Below the pieces are notes generated by a model, which saw only the letters and a program-made list of their open reading frames with translations, had not been told where the DNA came from and did not search any database. Made by a program: the position numbers and the translations under genes. Below are positions 59,675 to 64,000 of a stretch of 64,000 bases of DNA, one piece after another; the stretch's first letter is position 1, and the number at the start of each line of letters is the position of its first letter. The DNA is taken from NCBI GenBank assembly GCA_025453395.1, contig JALOQK010000008.1, positions 938 through 64,937 on the forward strand, read 5' to 3'. The stretch is from Candidatus Omnitrophota bacterium (lineage in GTDB: Bacteria; Omnitrophota; Gorgyraeia; Gygaellales; Profunditerraquicolaceae).

Positions 59675-61904
59675 TTTCTGCCTCTGTTTCTTTGACACCG
59701 CTGGAATTATTCATTACCGACTGCTTGATCCACTCTTCACGGTTGATAAGGATCTGCCGGGCTTTACTGCCCTCAAACGGCCCGACTATGCCTTCGGCTT
59801 CCATCATATCCAGAATGCGCGCAGCCCTGGTATATCCCAGGCGCAAACGGCGCTGAATGATCGATGCTGATGCCTGGTTTGTCTCCATAACTATTCTTAC
59901 CGCATCGTCAAAAAGCTCATCCCTTTGATCGCCCATCATATTTGAACGCTGCTGTTCCTTCAATATCGCTTCATTATAAACCGGCTTGGCTTGAGCGCTT
60001 ATAAAACCAATTACTTTTTCTATTTCTTTATCCTTGACTAATGAGCCTTGAGCGCGGGTTAACTTTTCTTCCCCGGGCTTTAAGAAAAGCATATCCCCTT
60101 TTCCTAAAAGCTTATCCGCTCCGTTCATATCCAAAACCGTGCGGGAATCAACCTTAGAGGCAACCTTAAATGAGACGCGCGCAGGAAAGTTAGCTTTAAT
60201 AACCCCTGTCACAACATCAACCGAAGGCCGCTGTGTGGCTAAAACAAGATGGATCCCCACCGCGCGGGATAATTGCGCCAAACGGGTAATCGCGCTTTCA
60301 ATCTGATCGCGCGAAACCATCATCAGATCTGCCAACTCGTCAATAATCACCACAATATAAGGCATGCCGGGAGCAGGGTCTTTTTTCTGATTATAGGATT
60401 CAATATTGCGGGTACCTTCTTTGGCTAGAAGCTGATAGCGGTCTTCCATTTCCCCGACAATCCATCCCAAAGCTGCGGAGGCCTTTTTGGCGTCTGTAAC
60501 CACCGGGCACATCAAGTGCGGCAGGCCATTATATGCAGCTAATTCCACCATCTTAGGATCAACCATCACCAGCTTTAATTCATGCGGAGCTAACTTATAT
60601 AAAAGCGACAAAATAAGCGAATTCACGCAAACAGTTTTTCCGCTTCCGGTTGTTCCGGCAATCAAAAGATGCGGCATGTCCGACAAATCCGCGATAACCG
60701 GATGGCCGGAAATATCCTTGCCAAAAACAACGGGCAGTTTGTATTTTGCGTGCTGGAACTGTTCGTGAACAAAGACCTCTTTTAAATAAACAATACTGCC
60801 TTGGGAATTTGGCACCTCAATGCCGACCCTGGCCTTTCCCGGTATAGGAGCGACAATGCGCACTGACGGGGCCTTCATTGCCAAAGAAATATCGTCATTC
60901 AAAGCGACAATACGGTTTAATTTCATCCCCGGAGCAGGCTCTAACTCATAACGGGTGATCACCGGGCCGCGTTCAATATCTGTAACCTTAACCTGGATCC
61001 CAAAATCATTCAAGGTATCCTCAAGTATGCGCGCGTTTTCCTGAAGGTCCTCTTTTAACTGCCTCTCTTCAGGAGGAGGCGGAGATTCCAAAAGATCAAG
61101 CCCAGGCAAAACATAGCCGCCGATTTTTACTTCCTCCTGGCGCACTTTTATTTGAGATTCTTGCGGCTTACTTTTTATCTGGATATTCGGTTTAGCCGCC
61201 AATGAAGAGGTAAGGTTATTTTCTTTGATAACTACTGGCTGGCCGGCTGTCTTAAGCTGGAATTTAAGCTTTTTATCTTCTTTGGCCTGTTTTTCAGAGT
61301 TTGCAGATGCGCGATTAACGTCAAATTTGACCTTTACTTTATTTTTAGCAAGAGCATTGAAATTTCCGAACAGGATATTCTTGAATTTCTCCGAGAAGAA
61401 ACGCACAACAACAGAAATAAGCATTTCGGTAACAAGAGCAAAAGATAAAAGCGCCAAGGTAATAAATATAATATACCCGCCCAGCTTTCCGAAATAGGCG
61501 TTTACAAAACGCGCTGATATAAACCCTAATGCCCCGCCGTGGGAAAAACTTACTATTTGATCTTTATCGCTTGCTAATCCGATGATAGAGCTTATTGAAA
61601 TAAGAAATAATACTATGCCTAATATACGGATCAAGCGTAAATCAAGTTTTTCATGCTTAAAAAGCTTAATGCCTAAAAATAGAACCAAAAGCGGGATAAA
61701 ATAGCTGGCCCAGCCAAAAAGAAATAGGCATGCTCCAGCAAGGTAGGCCCCAAATGTGCTGATCAGGTTTTTAGCAGGGATATTCGGATGCGAAGTATAA
61801 AAGGCAAGGTCAAAGACAGTAAAAGAAACAAGGCTTGCTAAGATTATAAGCCCTATGGCTATAAGGATTACGCCTTTTATTTCATTGAATCTTCTTTCTT
61901 TCAC
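59667..61904 (-). CDS. ftsK: DNA translocase FtsK/SpoIIIE
   Basis: N-terminal TM segments, HLLIAGTTGSGKT, IDELAD, ATQRPSVDV, gamma domain LGYTRAAR. Confidence 0.96.
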   Translation of the reverse strand: MKERRFNEIKGVILIAIGLIILASLVSFTVFDLAFYTSHPNIPAKNLISTFGAYLAGACLFLFGWASYFIPLLVLFLGIKLFKHEKLDLRLIRILGIVLFLISISSIIGLASDKDQIVSFSHGGALGFISARFVNAYFGKLGGYIIFITLALLSFALVTEMLISVVVRFFSEKFKNILFGNFNALAKNKVKVKFDVNRASANSEKQAKEDKKLKFQLKTAGQPVVIKENNLTSSLAAKPNIQIKSKPQESQIKVRQEEVKIGGYVLPGLDLLESPPPPEERQLKEDLQENARILEDTLNDFGIQVKVTDIERGPVITRYELEPAPGMKLNRIVALNDDISLAMKAPSVRIVAPIPGKARVGIEVPNSQGSIVYLKEVFVHEQFQHAKYKLPVVFGKDISGHPVIADLSDMPHLLIAGTTGSGKTVCVNSLILSLLYKLAPHELKLVMVDPKMVELAAYNGLPHLMCPVVTDAKKASAALGWIVGEMEDRYQLLAKEGTRNIESYNQKKDPAPGMPYIVVIIDELADLMMVSRDQIESAITRLAQLSRAVGIHLVLATQRPSVDVVTGVIKANFPARVSFKVASKVDSRTVLDMNGADKLLGKGDMLFLKPGEEKLTRAQGSLVKDKEIEKVIGFISAQAKPVYNEAILKEQQRSNMMGDQRDELFDDAVRIVMETNQASASIIQRRLRLGYTRAARILDMMEAEGIVGPFEGSKARQILINREEWIKQSVMNNSSGVKETEAENG

Positions 61905-61908
61905 TTTA

Positions 61909-63990
61909 TTAAGAAGCTTGATCTGCTTGTTTCTTACTTAAGTTGATGCGGCCCATTTCATCAATGCCGATGACCTTGACTTTTATCTCATCGCCGAGCT
62001 TGACTACTTCTTCCACATTCTTAACAAAACGATCGGATAATTCCGAAACATGCACTAAGCCTTCTTTCTTAGGGGCAATCTCACAAAAGGCCCCAAAAGG
62101 CATTATTCTTTTTACTTTACCATTATAGATTCTGCCAACTTCGATATCATCGCTAATAGCCTTAATCATCCGGATAGCATCTTCTGCTTTAGCTGTATCA
62201 GTAGCGCCGATCATCACGGTACCGTCATCCTGGATATCAATAGTTGTGCCGGTGGCGGCAATAATAGCCTTAATATTCTTTCCTCCGGGGCCGATAAGCT
62301 CTCCAATTTTCTCTGGATTAACTTTAATCCTGATAATCCGCGGGGCATAAGAACAGACTTCCTGGCGAGCCGAAGAAATAACGCTATCCATCTTATCTAG
62401 TATGATAAACCTTGCTTCTTTCGCCTGATTCAAACAACGTTCAAGCAAGTTTAAATCTATGTAATCAACTTTTAAATCCATCTGAACAGCAGTTACCCCT
62501 TTACGGGTACCCGCGACTTTAAAATCCATATCCCCGAAATGGTCCTCTACTCCGGCAATATCAGTCAAAACAATGTTCTCGCCGCCTTCACGGATAAGGC
62601 CTAAGGCCACGCCGCTGACATTGCTTTTAATCGGAACTCCGGCGTCCATCAAGGAAAGGCTTGCGGCGCAAACCGTAGCCATACTAGACGACCCGTTGGA
62701 TTCTAATATTTCTGAAACTACTCTTGTGGTATAAGGAAATTTTTCTTTATCCGGCATTACCGCCAAAAGCGCTTTCTCGGCTAATGCGCCGTGGCCGATT
62801 TCACGCCTTCCGGGGCCGCGTACCGGGCCAGTTTCCCCTACGCTAAAAGGAGGAAAACTATAATGCAGCATAAAAGACTTGGATTTTTCTCCCTCCAAGG
62901 CCTCAACCAATTGCTCATCATCGCCTGTACCAAGAGTTGTAACCGAAAGGCTCTGGGTCTGTCCTCTTGTAAAAAGCCCTGATCCGTGTGTGCGCGGCAG
63001 GATCCCGACTTCGCAGGAAATCTGCCTGATATCATTGAATTTACGGCCATCTACACGAGCTTTATCATGAACTATTTTCTGCCTGACCTGCTTTTTCTCT
63101 ATTTCATGCAGGGCGGATTTTATCTGAGCAGGCAAATAACCAGCAGGAACAAGAATATTCTCTATTTCTTTAGAAAGAAGGTCAACGGATTCTTCTCTTT
63201 GCTCTTTTTTGGCCAAATTATATACTTCTTTTAACTTATCTGCTGATAACTCTTCTGTCTTTTTCAATAATTCTGGGTCAATAGTCTTATACTCTACGGT
63301 TGCCTTGGGCCTACCGTAACTGGCGGCAAAATCTTTTTGCAGCTTTAAGACAGGCTTGATATTCTCAAAACCAAAAGCTACCGCTTCTTTAAAAAGCTCC
63401 TCGGATATTTCCTGCGCCTTTGATTCAAGCATAATAATACCTTTATCATTGGCAGCTACCACTATATCAAATTCACTTTTCTCTAATTGCGCGTAGGTAG
63501 GATTTAAAACAAGGTTGCCGTTTAAACGGGCGACCCGGCAGCAAGCCAAGGGGCCATTAAAAGGGATATCGGATATCGACAAAGCCGCCGAAGCTCCGGT
63601 TACCGCCAAGATATCCGGGTCGTTTTCTCCGTCACTTGACAAAACAATAGCCATAATCTGCACATCATTATAAAGCCCTTTTGGAAAAAGCGGGCGGATT
63701 GGACGGTCAATAAGCCGCGCAGTCAAAATTTCGTTTTCTGAGGGCCGGCCCTCCCTTTTAAAGAAGCCTCCGGGGATCCTTCCCGCGGCGTAAGTCTTTT
63801 CCTGATATTCTACGGTAAGAGGGAAAAAATCTATGCCCTCCCGGGGCAGCTTAGACATACATACCGTGACCAAAACTACCGTGCCGCCACAGACAACAGT
63901 AACCGAACCATTGGCCTGTTTGGCCAACTTCCCGGTACTTATAATAATGTCCTGCTGGCCGAACTTTAATTGTGTTTTATTAAACTGCAT
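61909..63990 (-). CDS. pnp: Polyribonucleotide nucleotidyltransferase (PNPase)
   Basis: [42 protein letters not shown] and S1 domains. Confidence 0.98.
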   Translation of the reverse strand: MQFNKTQLKFGQQDIIISTGKLAKQANGSVTVVCGGTVVLVTVCMSKLPREGIDFFPLTVEYQEKTYAAGRIPGGFFKREGRPSENEILTARLIDRPIRPLFPKGLYNDVQIMAIVLSSDGENDPDILAVTGASAALSISDIPFNGPLACCRVARLNGNLVLNPTYAQLEKSEFDIVVAANDKGIIMLESKAQEISEELFKEAVAFGFENIKPVLKLQKDFAASYGRPKATVEYKTIDPELLKKTEELSADKLKEVYNLAKKEQREESVDLLSKEIENILVPAGYLPAQIKSALHEIEKKQVRQKIVHDKARVDGRKFNDIRQISCEVGILPRTHGSGLFTRGQTQSLSVTTLGTGDDEQLVEALEGEKSKSFMLHYSFPPFSVGETGPVRGPGRREIGHGALAEKALLAVMPDKEKFPYTTRVVSEILESNGSSSMATVCAASLSLMDAGVPIKSNVSGVALGLIREGGENIVLTDIAGVEDHFGDMDFKVAGTRKGVTAVQMDLKVDYIDLNLLERCLNQAKEARFIILDKMDSVISSARQEVCSYAPRIIRIKVNPEKIGELIGPGGKNIKAIIAATGTTIDIQDDGTVMIGATDTAKAEDAIRMIKAISDDIEVGRIYNGKVKRIMPFGAFCEIAPKKEGLVHVSELSDRFVKNVEEVVKLGDEIKVKVIGIDEMGRINLSKKQADQAS

Positions 63991-64000
63991 ACTTTCTGCC

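Overview
Core-genome window of a diderm bacterium, most plausibly Candidatus Omnitrophota (PVC superphylum). This is inferred from gene order and protein style, not from a database search. Almost all genes are on the minus strand. From high to low coordinates they are: pnp-ftsK-rodZ-rimO-pgsA-pgpA; an inverted cinA-thpR pair; an FMN-riboswitch-controlled rib/nusB operon; tRNA-Pro; ligA; xerD; rbfA/ribF; a dcw cluster (mraZ to ftsA, with no ftsZ after ftsA); yggS-proC-mtnP-ileS-dksA-lspA-lgt-rluD; aroA; mreBCD-mrdA-rodA; a c-di-GMP/type IV pilus module (degenerate GGDEF, stand-alone MshEN, two PilB ATPases, HD-GYP, PilC); and the 5' end of a 16S rRNA gene. The unexplained signal is mostly non-coding. 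(i) A family of about 42-nt two-hairpin mini-elements has conserved geometry and covarying stems (8 copies). It sits in two symmetric loops of the FMN riboswitch and in the 16S rRNA leader, where one copy is nested in the loop of another. (ii) At least four families of heptamer-periodic, inverted-arm elements lie at gene junctions, and related heptamer arrays lie in frame inside yggS and at the lspA 3' end. No transposase or integrase is present in the window apart from housekeeping XerD.
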